Assembly (NCBI GenBank): GCA_964304625.1
Contig: OZ199839.1
Span: 7,280,407 to 7,344,406 of the forward strand
Source of the DNA: Kudoa neothunni
Taxonomy: Eukaryota; Animalia; Cnidaria
DNA: 64,000 nt
Direction: 5' to 3'
In this document: positions 1 to 12,466 of the stretch, piece after piece
How positions within the stretch are numbered: the first letter of the stretch is position 1
How the letters are laid out: each line of letters opens with the position of its first letter
Notes under the pieces: generated by a model
Seen by the model: only the letters and a program-made list of their open reading frames with translations
The model's database searches: none
What the model was told of the DNA's origin: nothing
Position numbers and translations under genes: made by a program

Positions 1-1411
1 TGGAGGTGACAAATGCTATAAATATTGTGGTGGAGCTACTACTTTACATAAGTCAGGTACAACCAATCCTCTCGATGATTATACTGTCAAAATAACTACT
101 AGACATGGGAATGAAGAATACAAAATTAAAAGTATTTTTTAGACGAATTAATGATTCACAATTTTTTATAGATAAGAAAAATATTGTTGTGATATCTGAT
201 ATCACACCAACCTCAGCTAGTTATATAGTTAGTGAGCTTGGAACGAGTACCCATAAATGTTTTCCATCATTGGTACACGCGAAACTTCCTGGTATTCCAA
301 TGAGTAACATATGCGGAGAAGGGAGAAATGTAATGTGTTCTGAAACATGCACCACAAAGACACCACTAAATCTCTTAACCCCAAACACAGCATATATACT
401 TGAGATGATAATTGGCACAGCGAAAGATGTTGCTACAGACAAACACGTTGTTAACACATTTTTCGCCACAGGTATTCCTATAGTATATTATAAATATTCA
501 ATATGATTAGAAAAAATAAAATTTGAGAAAACGAAGACATTGTTCTTCAATGACACAATGATTTTGACTCCAGGAACAGAGAGTGATTATGAGTCGTATC
601 TCTCAAAAATGAAATGTTACGTGAGATACTTCAGATTCCAAAGACCAAGAAAAATAATAGCAACCTGTTCTGATGGAAAACAATGTTGGGGTCTATGTTC
701 CCAAAGATTTGAAGTTGTGAATTTGCCAGTAAATGTCACACTGAATATTGAGTTGGTTCACGCTGGTCATGTTGATTATCCAGTTTATCAAGTGTCAAAA
801 TTATTAAGTGAATAAATATTGATGTTACAACATTAAACTACGACATTTTAGGACCAAATAATAATAAAGCTGAATCAGAAATAACTTTTGATTATGATGA
901 AAAGAAATTAACAATAATACCAGACAAAAATCAGCCAGGGAATTTATGTAACGTGGTTATTTACGCAGTCAACCCTAAAGACCTCGAGGATAAATTCTTA
1001 TTTGAGAAGATAGGAAAACCAACTGATCAGGATATTGATTGTGAAAACCCCGTTGTATTTGATAATATAGATATAAATTACAGTTATCAATTATTATCTG
1101 GCGATGGACAATCTGCAGAACTTATTGCAGAAATTGAAGTTGGAAGTAAATTATTACGATATTTATTTATTGTTATATAATTTTGTATAGGACAAGGATC
1201 TGGGTAACAATAATAATTATATGAGTTATGAATCCTAACTATTTATTTTATATATAGTGGTTGGATGAAGAAGAACTGGTGGATGTAATTTTCATATGAA
1301 AATACACTACAATATTTCATCATTCTTTTATTTAGTATCTTCGCAGTGTTGGGTGCTTTGGGTGTGGTTATTGGTGCAGTTGCCTATGTAGCGAATAAAT
1401 CCAATGACTGA
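1..1411 (+). CDS. 5'-truncated multi-exon gene for a type I membrane protein with repeated Cys-containing FN3-like modules (paralog of 54506-57416)
   Basis: Manual splicing: exons <1-131, 172-471, 511-807, 852-1145 (phase-1 GT-AG introns, ~300 nt modules), micro-exons 1191-1203 and 1258-1284, last exon 1336-1411 encoding TM IIFAVLGALGVVIGAVAYVA + NKSND*. FN3-like motif LLTPNTAYILEM. Confidence 0.8.
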
Positions 1412-1661
1412 ACGTCCTTCTTCTGTCTATTAGGAAAAACATAATTTTACTTTGTATGAAACAGTAGACATTATTAGCCTTTTTAAAAATTATTCATTCG
1501 TCACGACAAGTGATGTCTATCAATTTTTTGACCTTTTGATAAGTGATGTTTTAAAACGTATTAAACCAATGATAAAATTCGGATTTACTCACTCCTGTTT
1601 TTCGAACTAGTATATTTGAAGAAAATTTCTTATAAAATTATATATTTATTAGATATATTCT

Positions 1662-1710
1662 TTAACCCTTACGGGACCATGCGGGGTCTGGGTCTGCCGC
1701 GACCCCAAGT
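1662..1710 (+). mobile_element. piggyBac-like terminus (partner end not found)
   Basis: TTAA followed by CCCTT and a GGGGTC...GACCCC subterminal palindrome. Confidence 0.45.
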
Positions 1711-2294
1711 ACGTCTTTTTGATCATAACTTTAAAAATTGGCTTCCGTTGATGTTAAAATTTTTAGAATACTCATAAAACACGTAAGCCTATATATGGAG
1801 AAGAAAATTTTTTCTCTCTGTTTTGTTTAACTTTATAATAAAACACAATATTTTGATTTCATGCAATTATAAGTGTTCGTAACCTCAATTATTTATTTTA
1901 TAAATATTAATTTTTGTGAAATATTACATGTGTATGAAAATAACGACAAAAATCTCAGAAGATTGCCGTTATAAATTAGCGATAACTAATCCGATTGATC
2001 TTCTACGTTTTGTTTCTTATCCTAATAAATTAAATGTGGTGCTTTCAACAAATAATTAAAATCATTCTGAAGACTACATCGATGATTATTCTGCGGTTGA
2101 GGAAATGTCTGGGTATAACATGTCTCAATCAGCCCTGGAAAGCATGAATAAATGTGTTATGAGATTGAGAAATGCGATGACCAATCAGGTGGTACTGATT
2201 ATTTACATGAGCATGTTGAAAATGCTTCAATGTTTTTCTGATCACCTGGACTGGAATGATCTTTTGAAATTTGTAGGTTCACGAAGCGTTATTC

Positions 2295-3315
2295 GGTTAT
2301 TCTTTACAAACCGGGACGTCAGTCGGAAAGTGGAAAACTTTAGGAGAAATTTTGATTAGGAAAATATTAATTCCATCAATATGATGAAATATACATTTTT
2401 TAATATAGATATAATATATATTATTAAAACATTGCAGAATCTTGATCTGATTTCATCAGAGAAGAATTGTGTTTGTGAGACGATGATGAATCTAATATAA
2501 ATAAAAATTGCCAAGACCTCTTTTTGTTCCGATGTCCTGATTGCTTAAAAAATGCAAAATCTACGAGTTGGATAAATATTTCGCGTTCCAAACTGCCGCT
2601 GTGGAAACTATTTGTATTTTTCATCGTAAAAATTCAATTTAGCAAGGTTGCCCACGAAGAAATTCAAAATCACGTTGGAATTCTCCCTTCAATGACAATA
2701 AGTGATAGTTCTGAATTGTTTAGAAGCATTGTTACATTGAAGATTACGGATGAACAAAAAAAATGGCGGTACAAATGTCGTTGTCCAGATCGATGAAACT
2801 GCGCTGACTAAAATAAAATATAATGTTGGTAGACTGTCAAAAACCCAGTAATATTGGATTGTTTGTGGTATAGATGAGGAAGATTGTTTTTTTTGGAACA
2901 GACGAAGAGAAGAAGCCGTGATGTGCTTGAAAAAATTATTCTTGATGATGTTAAAGAGAATTCTGTTATCTGGACAGATAAATGGAGGGGCTTCAATCGT
3001 CTGAACGATTTAAGATTTTTTCACAATACAGTTTGTCACAAATATTCGTTTATTTCTGGTGCTGGTGTACATACAAATAAAATCGAAGTTACATGAGGAG
3101 GATTTAAATGAAAGTACCGGAACATTACTAATGAAAATGAAGAGTCATTACATGACTTCATTTCGGATTATATATTCCGTAAAAAATATAGAGGGGTCGA
3201 ACTTAGTACCTTCTTTAAATAAATAATGAGTAATTATTTAATACAATTTATTTTGCTGTTTCCGCGAATTTGTCCATAAGTTTCCGACTATCGTCCCGTT
3301 TTGTAAAGAATATCC
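2295..3315 (+). mobile_element. Merlin (IS1595/ISXO2-like) DNA transposon with decayed transposase
   Basis: TIRs GGTTATTCTTTACAAACCGGGACG / GGATATTCTTTACAAAACGGGACG; 8-bp TSD CGTTATTC/CCTTATTC; motifs VVQIDET, IWTDKWRGF, VCH, GVHTNKIE with stops and frameshifts. Confidence 0.85.
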
Positions 3316-3419
3316 CCTTATTCTCTAAATATTAATTACGCGGATTTCTAAACTCGAATCGTCATATCATTTGGATCACGATTATTTATAGCCCTTAATA
3401 TGAAAGAATATTTGGTAAC

Positions 3420-6400
3420 CGTAAACGAGACGGTTACTAAAATTCAACGACTAAACTTCTTTTTTTTCCTCCTATTCTTTCACGATATTTTTTTACAATT
3501 CTAAATGTGGGGCAGGGTTATTCAATTCTTAAAAAATGTAATTATAAATTTTAAGAAATCTTCGGATTCATCTACCAGTTGTTTATTTAAGCCTGTACAC
3601 AGCAAGCTCAGTGGTGTGATGACTGAACTCAATACCCTAAGGTACTAGTTACATTCCCTGCCTCCGATAAGTCGACTGTTTCCTTACGAGTGTATCTATC
3701 CTGTATGGGAAACTGTAACTAGAGTTCAATTATTAAATAAGTGTTCCCTTACCTACAGTCATAGTATGATCTAACAAAAGAGGTTTAATTAGATATCTAA
3801 AACGTAGGGGATGCGCTATGGCAGACTTGAAATATCTGTAGAGTCCAAATCCTTATGGATAGGGTTTAGGGTGATGGTTACCTCAGAATGGGGATGTTTG
3901 GAAGAGTAAACTCCTACAATACCATCGAAAGATAAGGGGCAAGAAGTAGACGTTACTCGTCCTTTGGTGCTTATAGCGATAAAAGGGATGACCTAATCAG
4001 GCTTAACTCTACAATCTAAAAATCCTCTAGTTATGTTTAGTATGTTTTTTTAATAAATGGGTTTTTTCATCCCATTGAGTTTTATTTGATCTTTTATTCA
4101 TCATAACAAATATTTTTGTTAATTTTGTCTGAATAAGTCGATGAAACTGTTAAAGATGATCATAAGTGATATTGCGCGTCAGAATTTAGTCGATATAATA
4201 ACACGTATGGCTGTCGGTACTTGCTATAAACATGGCTATTATACGAAGCGACGACGAATTTTCTATTTGAATATCTTATTTTAAGAATATTAATTGTTAA
4301 CGTCCCTAAGAGGTTCAAGAATTTCAGGAGTCGCGGTTCTATGTATTTATCAAACAGAACGAGAGATAAAAAGGACTCCGAAATTGACACGCATCCTTTC
4401 TCATTAAATAACAATGATAACTAACTTGTATATGTGTGCGGAAAGTAATGTCAAACCTTTTTACTGTTTAAATTATAATAGATGTAGAATTAAATATTGT
4501 CCAATAAGAAATACTTTTTTTCTTCTAGTAATTCAAACTCGAGGATAAAGCTATCATTAAAGATAATAATGAAAATTATACAATATTGGGTATTGGAAAA
4601 TACTATTCGTTCGGCTTCAGAAATGGTAGCAATATCGAAGCCCAACACTCCCTTGTGATTTTACAGGATTTGCGATGTTTGTTCCAAATTATTTAATATG
4701 AAAAACCCCTTTTGAGGTGACGGTTTCGTCAAAGAAATGGACGAGAGCTTATTGCATAGTAAAAGAAAGAATAATAGGAGGAGGTATCTCAAAGGGGACA
4801 ACTGGAAAAAATCAACAGTTTAAGAAGTTTTGAGATCATTACCTGAATTGCAAGATGTAATATTATATATTGTTACCTTTAATATTTCTATTTTTTAGGA
4901 GGATATGAGCAATAGTGGATACCATCCCAATATAGACGAATTATCTGATGAATATATGTGTAACGATGTTTACATAATATAAAATCGTAAGTTTTAAATA
5001 GCGTTTTGTACAAATCCAGATAAATATGACAATAGAATCGATGGACCATGAGCGTTTCGTCAATGTTTATGTCTGGTTGATGCAAATAAGAAAAGAAAAC
5101 TTTAAAGGTTCGATACTTTAAAGTTCCCAAGCGTAATATGGAAACGTTACTCACCATTATAAACAATGAAGTTATTCCTGGGTCAACAATATTCAGTGAT
5201 GAATGGCCCGCTTACAACAAAGTGAAATATTCTGTCGCCTACGTTGTTGGAGGAAATCATTCTAACACGATTCGATCATGTTCGGGATGGTTAAAATTGA
5301 AGATATTCAAAATAGAACATGATGTAAGCGATTTGTATTTCGAAAGTTATCTCCACGAAGAATGGTTTCGTTCCACAAATGGAAATAAATTTGAATTATT
5401 AAACAATTTTATGGATATTGTTGGCAATTTTTATGCTGTTGAATAAAATATGAGTTTTTATTGGTTAAAATGTTATGTAATTAATTAAATTTTGATGTTA
5501 GTACCTTACAATAGAAAATTAGTCCTTATACAGTTGTTGTAAGATTCTAATTAAATTTAAAAAACTAACGTACCAGAAAAAATTTAAGCAATATGACTTT
5601 TACGAATAAAAAAATTGAAGATATTCTTTGTAAAGGGATTCTAACACATATTCATATGTATGACGAGACCACTTAGCTAATTAACTTAATAAAAAAACTA
5701 TAAATATATAATTTATCCAAATAATGTAATAAAAAAGTTGAAAGTGTGTTTTACATCAAATGCGCCATTATTTGAAATAAATAAGAAAATATTACTTAAA
5801 TTGATGTTATATGTTCATGTAAATTAAGTTGTTAAAATACCACTGTTCTCTAATGACTTAAACAATAGAAAATGGAACATAATATGACGGTATAGGGTAG
5901 GATGTGCCGCTTAAAAACATTATTTTAAGTTTGTTTTTTCTCCAATCCTTTCATGATTGTTCCTAATAAATAAATAAATGAATATCATGGATTCAGCTAA
6001 TTTTGACAACCTCTTATTTGGTTACCAATACCAAATAAAACATTTTCGGCACCCGTGAAATCTTCGTTAAATTTCCCAAAACAAGTGAAAACACGTTTTT
6101 ATTTTTTTATACGCTAACTTCCAAAATGATTATGCATCTTAATAGTATTTTTAATAATAGATCGTTCCTAAATTATACGAATCAGTCGCTTAATTAAACT
6201 TGATTCATCTTATTATAAATTATCTTCTCTATTATTTTTGATATATCGACTATGAGCCTTCTAAAATAAAAATACAATAATTTATCACTTACTTTAGTTT
6301 ATATATTTTTTTGGATAATTTATTCCAATTTCAAAAAAAGTTATAATCATTTTATCATCGAAATTTTATGATAAAATTTTTTATAGTGTCAATTTAAGTA

Positions 6401-7945
6401 ATGTTCTAAGTTTATTACATTTAATAACTCTATTAAAAAATATTGCAACAATTAAAATTTGAAGGATTATTTTTTATATATGATAAACATACAAAATAAA
6501 ATGGGCGATGTAAAATGGAAATAAATAATAAATAGTTTGACAAGTGTTGTACTTGTCTTTCGATTTTTTAATACATATGAAATTTTAAATCTTCTATCAT
6601 AATGTTTAAAGTTTTTGAAGAAAATTTACAAATAATTATGGTTTTTCTATATTTCCATAATATTTTAGTATTTACCAGTTGGTTTAACATTAGAGTGTAA
6701 CTTAACATTAATTCTTTATTCACAGTAAATTGATATAAAAATTATTTAAATGAAGCAGTTACTACGACATATAATTTTCAAAATATTTCATTCAAGGTAC
6801 CGGTCACCGGCCCCATAATTTTTCTTTTTCACATGAATATTCCTAATTTTTAAAACCCTAGCCCGCTGTTTTTGTGGTTACATCAAGATTTTCGAAGGCA
6901 GATATAATTGTTTCATCCATGCTTCAGTTATAAATAATCTTATATATTTTCTCCATCGTTATGTTTGGGAAGTGACGAAATAAATTTAAACCCCAACAAG
7001 TTCTACTTCGAGAAAGTACCCTAGTTTTACGGCTCAAAATTGTGAAACTAGTATTTAGGCCTGTAATAGTTGATTTTAACAAAAATAACTAAATGAATAA
7101 TTTGCATCATTCTTTTCATATGATTTTATTTTATACATTGACCTTTTAAGGTTTGGGTTCCTAGAAGAAAAAAGGAAGCAAATATCCTTTTTCTAAAAGT
7201 ATATTAACCAATTTAAGGGGGTTATCAATCAATAAAATAATGTTCGTCGTCAAAGAAACTCGAAGAATTCATTTTCTCTAACGCGCGGGTAATTTGATAA
7301 ACTATTAGCTTAAATATTTTATACCTTGTTATTTCAATGTAATAAATAATTAATAAAATGATCATAAGTCATATAATTAATTTATAGGTTAGTGTGCGAA
7401 CAATAAAATGGGGTTTCATCTGTCTTGGGAAATTTAACGAAGATTTCATATGTACCGATGGTGAGGTATTGTGGATTTTGTAACAAAATAAGACGATATC
7501 ATAATTACCTGAATTCTTCCTCACGGTATTCACTTATTTTATTATACACAATCGTGGAAGAATCGACAAAGAAACAATGCGCGGTAGCGTTTATTCGAGG
7601 TGCCACATCCTATCCTATTAACTTTGATGTTTTCTACCATTTACACGAAATACTCCATCTCATCAAGAGAAAAAAATTATCCGATTCATTTTCGAAAATA
7701 GAATGTATGCAGTTCTGAAATATACGTGGTATAAATATGAAATAACGATAAAAATACTAATAAAATACAGGCTTAAATAACACAACTGGGGATTAATCCG
7801 GAGATTTCTAAAAATTTATAATGAAATTTTTTTAATAATTGAATAACTCTACAAACATTTAAAATTGTAAAAAAAATTATTGTGAATGGATTGGAGGAAA
7901 AAAAAGAAGTTTAGCGGTTGAATTTTAGTAACCGTCTCCTTTACC
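3420..7945. mobile_element. Large TIR element (probably Merlin) bounded by ~180-bp imperfect inverted repeats, with nested debris
   Basis: 3420-3597 is the reverse complement of 7766-7945 (GGTAAAGGAGACGGTTACTAAAATTCAAC terminus); encloses the Merlin-type transposase remnant at ~4560-5446; no TSD recognised. Confidence 0.55.
4560..5446 (+). pseudogene. Merlin/IS1595-family DDE transposase pseudogene
   Basis: GDGFVKEMDESLLHSKRKNNRRR and IPGSTIFSDEWPAY...SYLHEEWFR motifs, interrupted. Confidence 0.75.
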
Positions 7946-8491
7946 ATTAACATATGTTTTGACCATATTTAACTATTTTTAACTAGTCGCTTCGCTCTAA
8001 AGGGAAAGAAATATTTAAATATACCAGATTCTAAAAAAATTAATTTGTATACAGCTTGTGGATAGGAGTTGGTTGGACTAAAAATTTCGAACGCGCAAGC
8101 GCAAATGTGTTTGGGATTCAAATTTACCATGTAAATAGCGTCTGCTAATTTTATGTTTTAGTTAACAAAAAATGTTTTGATTATTGATGTTATATAAGGA
8201 ACTTAATTTTATATGATTAACTTCAAGATTATCATGTTTAGAGTACAGCGGTGAGAGAATAATCTTTTATTTAACCTAAGAAAAAACTCAATACTTGGGC
8301 AGAAAAAGATTTTGGACATACGTTTGAATCAAATCAATCATATTCCAGTTTAATAAAATCAATTAATTTTTTAAAATTATGTTCACTTGTTCTTGTTTAA
8401 CTTAGTATTTTTCTACTACGTTTAAGGCTACATTTGTTTAGTTTTAAATTTTAATGTCAGAATATCCAAAAATTCTACTCAGTACCTATAT

Positions 8492-8980
8492 CAGTGTTTC
8501 CCAACGTGAATCCCACATCCTGCCGTTAGGACGCGGAAAATCCTGGGTATTGGTGTGACACGGATAATGGTGAGATAATTTGGAGGTATGACGTACTTTG
8601 AAGTCAATCTCGCTTATTATTAAGTGACGGTTAATACCATGATAAATACAAAAAGCAATGATTAGTTATATAAAAATTAATAACAATATTTAACGTCTCC
8701 TTCATCCCAATAGAATCATACATCCCCTCTTTTTAATTGAATCTAATAAAAAATATTGATTAACTTTGTATATATATTATTTATTTTCGATTCATTAGCC
8801 CCGTATACAGGAAAATCTTTCCTAATGAAGATTGGATTATCACGAGTTTCGTTTGACGCTGTTTTTGGTAGAATGAAAAACTAAACACTTTCAAATTTTA
8901 TGAGGATAGGAAGTCTTATTTAGGTTATGGTAGTTTAAATTGAAACATCAATATTATTAAAAAAAGTTTGGGAAATATTC
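8492..8980. mobile_element. Degenerate hAT (Charlie-like) MITE
   Basis: CAGTGTTTCCCAAC left end and TTTGGGAAATATTC right end. Confidence 0.45.
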
Positions 8981-9182
8981 TAATCTCAAACTTCCTGATT
9001 TGAAAAGATTTTACCATAAATAGGTGTAGAAGATTGAGGATAATATAATTAAAATGCTACTTTAAAAATGCGAGGAATCATAGTGGCCTCTTTCGAAAAA
9101 AAAGTTAAGCCAAAAACTTAATCGCTGCTGCAATTATCACAATAAAATGATAAAATATAATTAAAGTCTCAATCAAATCAGC

Positions 9183-10142
9183 TCAGTTTTTAGAAACAAT
9201 GTTTTTTAGATTCGTTAAGCGTGTAGCAATTGAGAGATCAAGGTATTTATCATCCAACATAACCGTCATTCCTCAATAATTGAATCATCTACCTACACAG
9301 ATTCAATCGGAGCTCAAAATCAAACCAAAGTACCACGTAGGTCACAAACAGTTTTTGGTCCGGCTCGATTAGCTTTTCAAGACAATCTTCAATCATTTTT
9401 TTCTTAGATCCACTCAAATCCTTATAAAAATAAATAATAACATATTATTTGATGATCGAATACAAAATGGTTACGATTGCTGTGGTAACAACAGAATGAA
9501 TTTCCTTTCTTGTCACTTGCATCATGGTAGAGAAGTCATGAAGAATTTTGGCCAATAAACCCATTCGATTGTTATCACAAACAGTTTCTTCATAAAGTAC
9601 AAGTAAATTACAATCGGTATTAAGGCCAATTGAAAATTACCAAAAAACTGTTTTGTCACCTCGTCAAATCCATGTTTTTCAGCAAGTTTAAGCAGCACAT
9701 CTAACACAAAATAATCAAGAATGACAATTTAATCACAAAAGTGACATCTACCTTTTTTACGAATTCCCGGAAAAAGCGGGTTCTTAGCAAAAGACTGGTA
9801 CACAGGATCCAAATGTGTCATATCCTAAACAGCTCAGTTGTTTTTAGTTGATATGATAAAAAGTCACATGGAATTTCTTTAAATCTTTCTCAACAATGTC
9901 CAGTTTCTTCTTTTTGGATGCAGAAGAATACAGAGCAGTGGCATATCGACCAGAAATACTCAATATTTTTATTGGTGGCTAAAACAATTGTCAAACACCA
10001 TTTCAATACCAGCAAATCCACAAACTCTGATCATATCCACATCATACACTGATGCAAACCTTTTCAAACAACTCTATAGAATTTTAAAATATAAAAATAA
10101 TTCATAGAAAATTCGAATTATTACAGTCAATGGACCAAACAT
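9183..10142 (-). CDS. ATP5PO: Mitochondrial ATP synthase subunit O (OSCP), 8 exons; apparent 1-nt deletion near 9274 in the last exon
   Basis: Spliced translation MFGPLT...[33 protein letters not shown]...DNNRMGLL...VDDSII[GG][18 protein letters not shown] matches the OSCP family; GT-AG introns. Confidence 0.9.
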
Positions 10143-10495
10143 GTTTGATTTAAAAATCGGTACGGGACGTAATCTTTCGTACAGCAACAAATTTCGTGAA
10201 TAATATGAAATAGCATCAATGCTTCTGTGTATCCTTATTATTTAGAATTTATTTTATGTGACGTCAAGTCAAGTAAATTACCTCGAGATATTAGTTGAGT
10301 TTGGAATAAATATGTTATGTTTTTTAGCTTCAAATTAATGTTTATTTTGTAGAGGCTGTGATAAGTCGGTGATTGAGAATTAAATAATTTTAAACCATTA
10401 TATATAGAAATAATTTTTTTATAAAGAGGTGAATTTATTTTACATTGTGAACACGTGACTTTAAAAGAAAGTTGTTTCTATTCAATGTTGTAGAG

Positions 10496-11780
10496 CAGTG
10501 TTTACTTACAGGGGGTGCCAGCTGCCGCCAGGGATGTAAAGAGTCATCATTGGGAGTGCGGGGGTCATTCAAGAATACATTTAATAATTAATCTTAGTTT
10601 ATTCATTTCATAATTTTCGTTAGTCCCCGTTTAAATCATGTGAGGACGTAATGCGTACAATAATATCTCTGGTTGTTTTGATATCAGTCAGTTTCGGTTC
10701 AAAAATGGGGGTTGATAATTTATTTAATTTATAATTTATTCTGTTTGATTCTATGAAATAGCGCAGTAAGATAATAGTTTATTTTAAGTCTGTTCAGCTT
10801 ACAAAATCTAACTATCGCTATTTTCAAAATAACATATTTATATGAACAAGTTGTAATTAGGTTGTCAGCATTTTTATCTACCTAGAAATAAACTATATCC
10901 ATAAAAATAAAACCACGATGTGGTTTAAACTTTGTCTTCTGTCTAAATTTGAGATCCCTCATTTAATTGTATATGCTTTATTATGTTACATTTTAAGTTT
11001 TATGCTCGAATTTGTAACTGGCCTTTTGATATGAATTTAAGTTAAATTTTCTTGAAAAATATTGGTACAACAAAAATCCGAGCATTCATTTATACATTAA
11101 AATAGATGAATGTCAATTTTAACAATGTATATATTAGTTATTTACTCAAATATATATAGAAGGCATATTTTTTGAATATATTTAATTTTAATTAACCCAT
11201 TGCTTCTATGTTTAAATTAAAATGACTCAATATATACAAATAATAAGTATCTTAATTCATTAAACTCCGAAAACGATTTTCATGTTTCATAGTCCAACAA
11301 AATCTCCTGCTTTGAATTACTTGTGAAAACAAAGCTAGAGCAAGAGAACCGCCAGATCAAATAAATAGTAAATAACAATTGATTTTGAAATAATTATATT
11401 AACATAATTTAATAGAAATATTTGTTACTTTACATAAAAATGGTATATATGAGCAGGAATGAATAATAGCTCCAATCATTGAGTGTTAAGTCATGAGGAG
11501 TGAAAAGATAATGTTCATCCTTTTTCTATTATACATAGCAAATTGAGTTAACCAAAACATTTTGGTTTTAATTTATTTTAGAAGTAAATGGGGAAATTTG
11601 AAGTTCAAATATAAACTAAAATAATAAAAATTATTTTAAGACATTTTTCATTGATATTGTTGTTATCGCATTTAAATAAAAAGTATAATTGAGTCTTGAC
11701 ATTCACATGGAGGAGGGGGTGCGTAGCGAACGTGGAAATTAGGATGGGGGTACGGGTGTAAAATTTGTAGGGAAACATTG
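10496..11780. mobile_element. Non-autonomous hAT element
   Basis: TIRs CAGTGTTTACTTACA / CAATGTTTCCCTACA; degenerate 8-bp TSD TTGTAGAG/TCGTAAAG. Confidence 0.6.
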
Positions 11781-12466
11781 TCGTAAAGAACGAATCTATT
11801 ATTTGACAAAATTATGCATATTTATTTTGTACCAAAAATTTTTCAGTTCTCAGATGAGCAATTTTCTCGTGAACTAATAAAGTTGATACTGGCAGAAAAA
11901 TTAGGATTTTAGATAAACAAGAAATGTTAAATAATTTCAGCTTTGTTTCATTGCTCGACGCTTTTAAATATCGTTCTTCGGATTATAAATCGTAAATTTA
12001 GTATAATAAGTCAAGTTAGTTGTTGAACTATAGCCTTAAAATATTTTACTGACATAATGATAGTAGATATCTATTTATAGCTAAACCGTGCTGTCATGTA
12101 TATGAATTTATATTAAATCTAGTTGTTGTGTATAGTATGTTTGAATATTGCACATATATGTTCTAGAATAGAAATTGGGAGTACAATTCTATCAATATAT
12201 ATTATTGTCAACTATAATTAACTATCCTATAGTTAATTAAATAACAACGGTATGTACTAATTTATGCGACATATATTACCTAAGATCAATTGATTGATCA
12301 ATAATACAAAAGGGTGTAAAATTAATATCATATCCAATTTGATACTTTAAAAATGCAAGTTGATGATATATTTTCAAAATTAGGAAATAATTTAATAAAT
12401 AAAAAGCGAGAAAATATCTATAAAAATAAGATAAATTCTATAGAAACAAGGATGTTTGATTGTAGA

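Noticed and set aside
4125-4155. CTGAATAAGTCGATGAAAC as a Penelope-type hammerhead ribozyme
   Set aside because: Core deviates from CTGANGA...GAAA, the stems could not be built and no Penelope ORF is adjacent.
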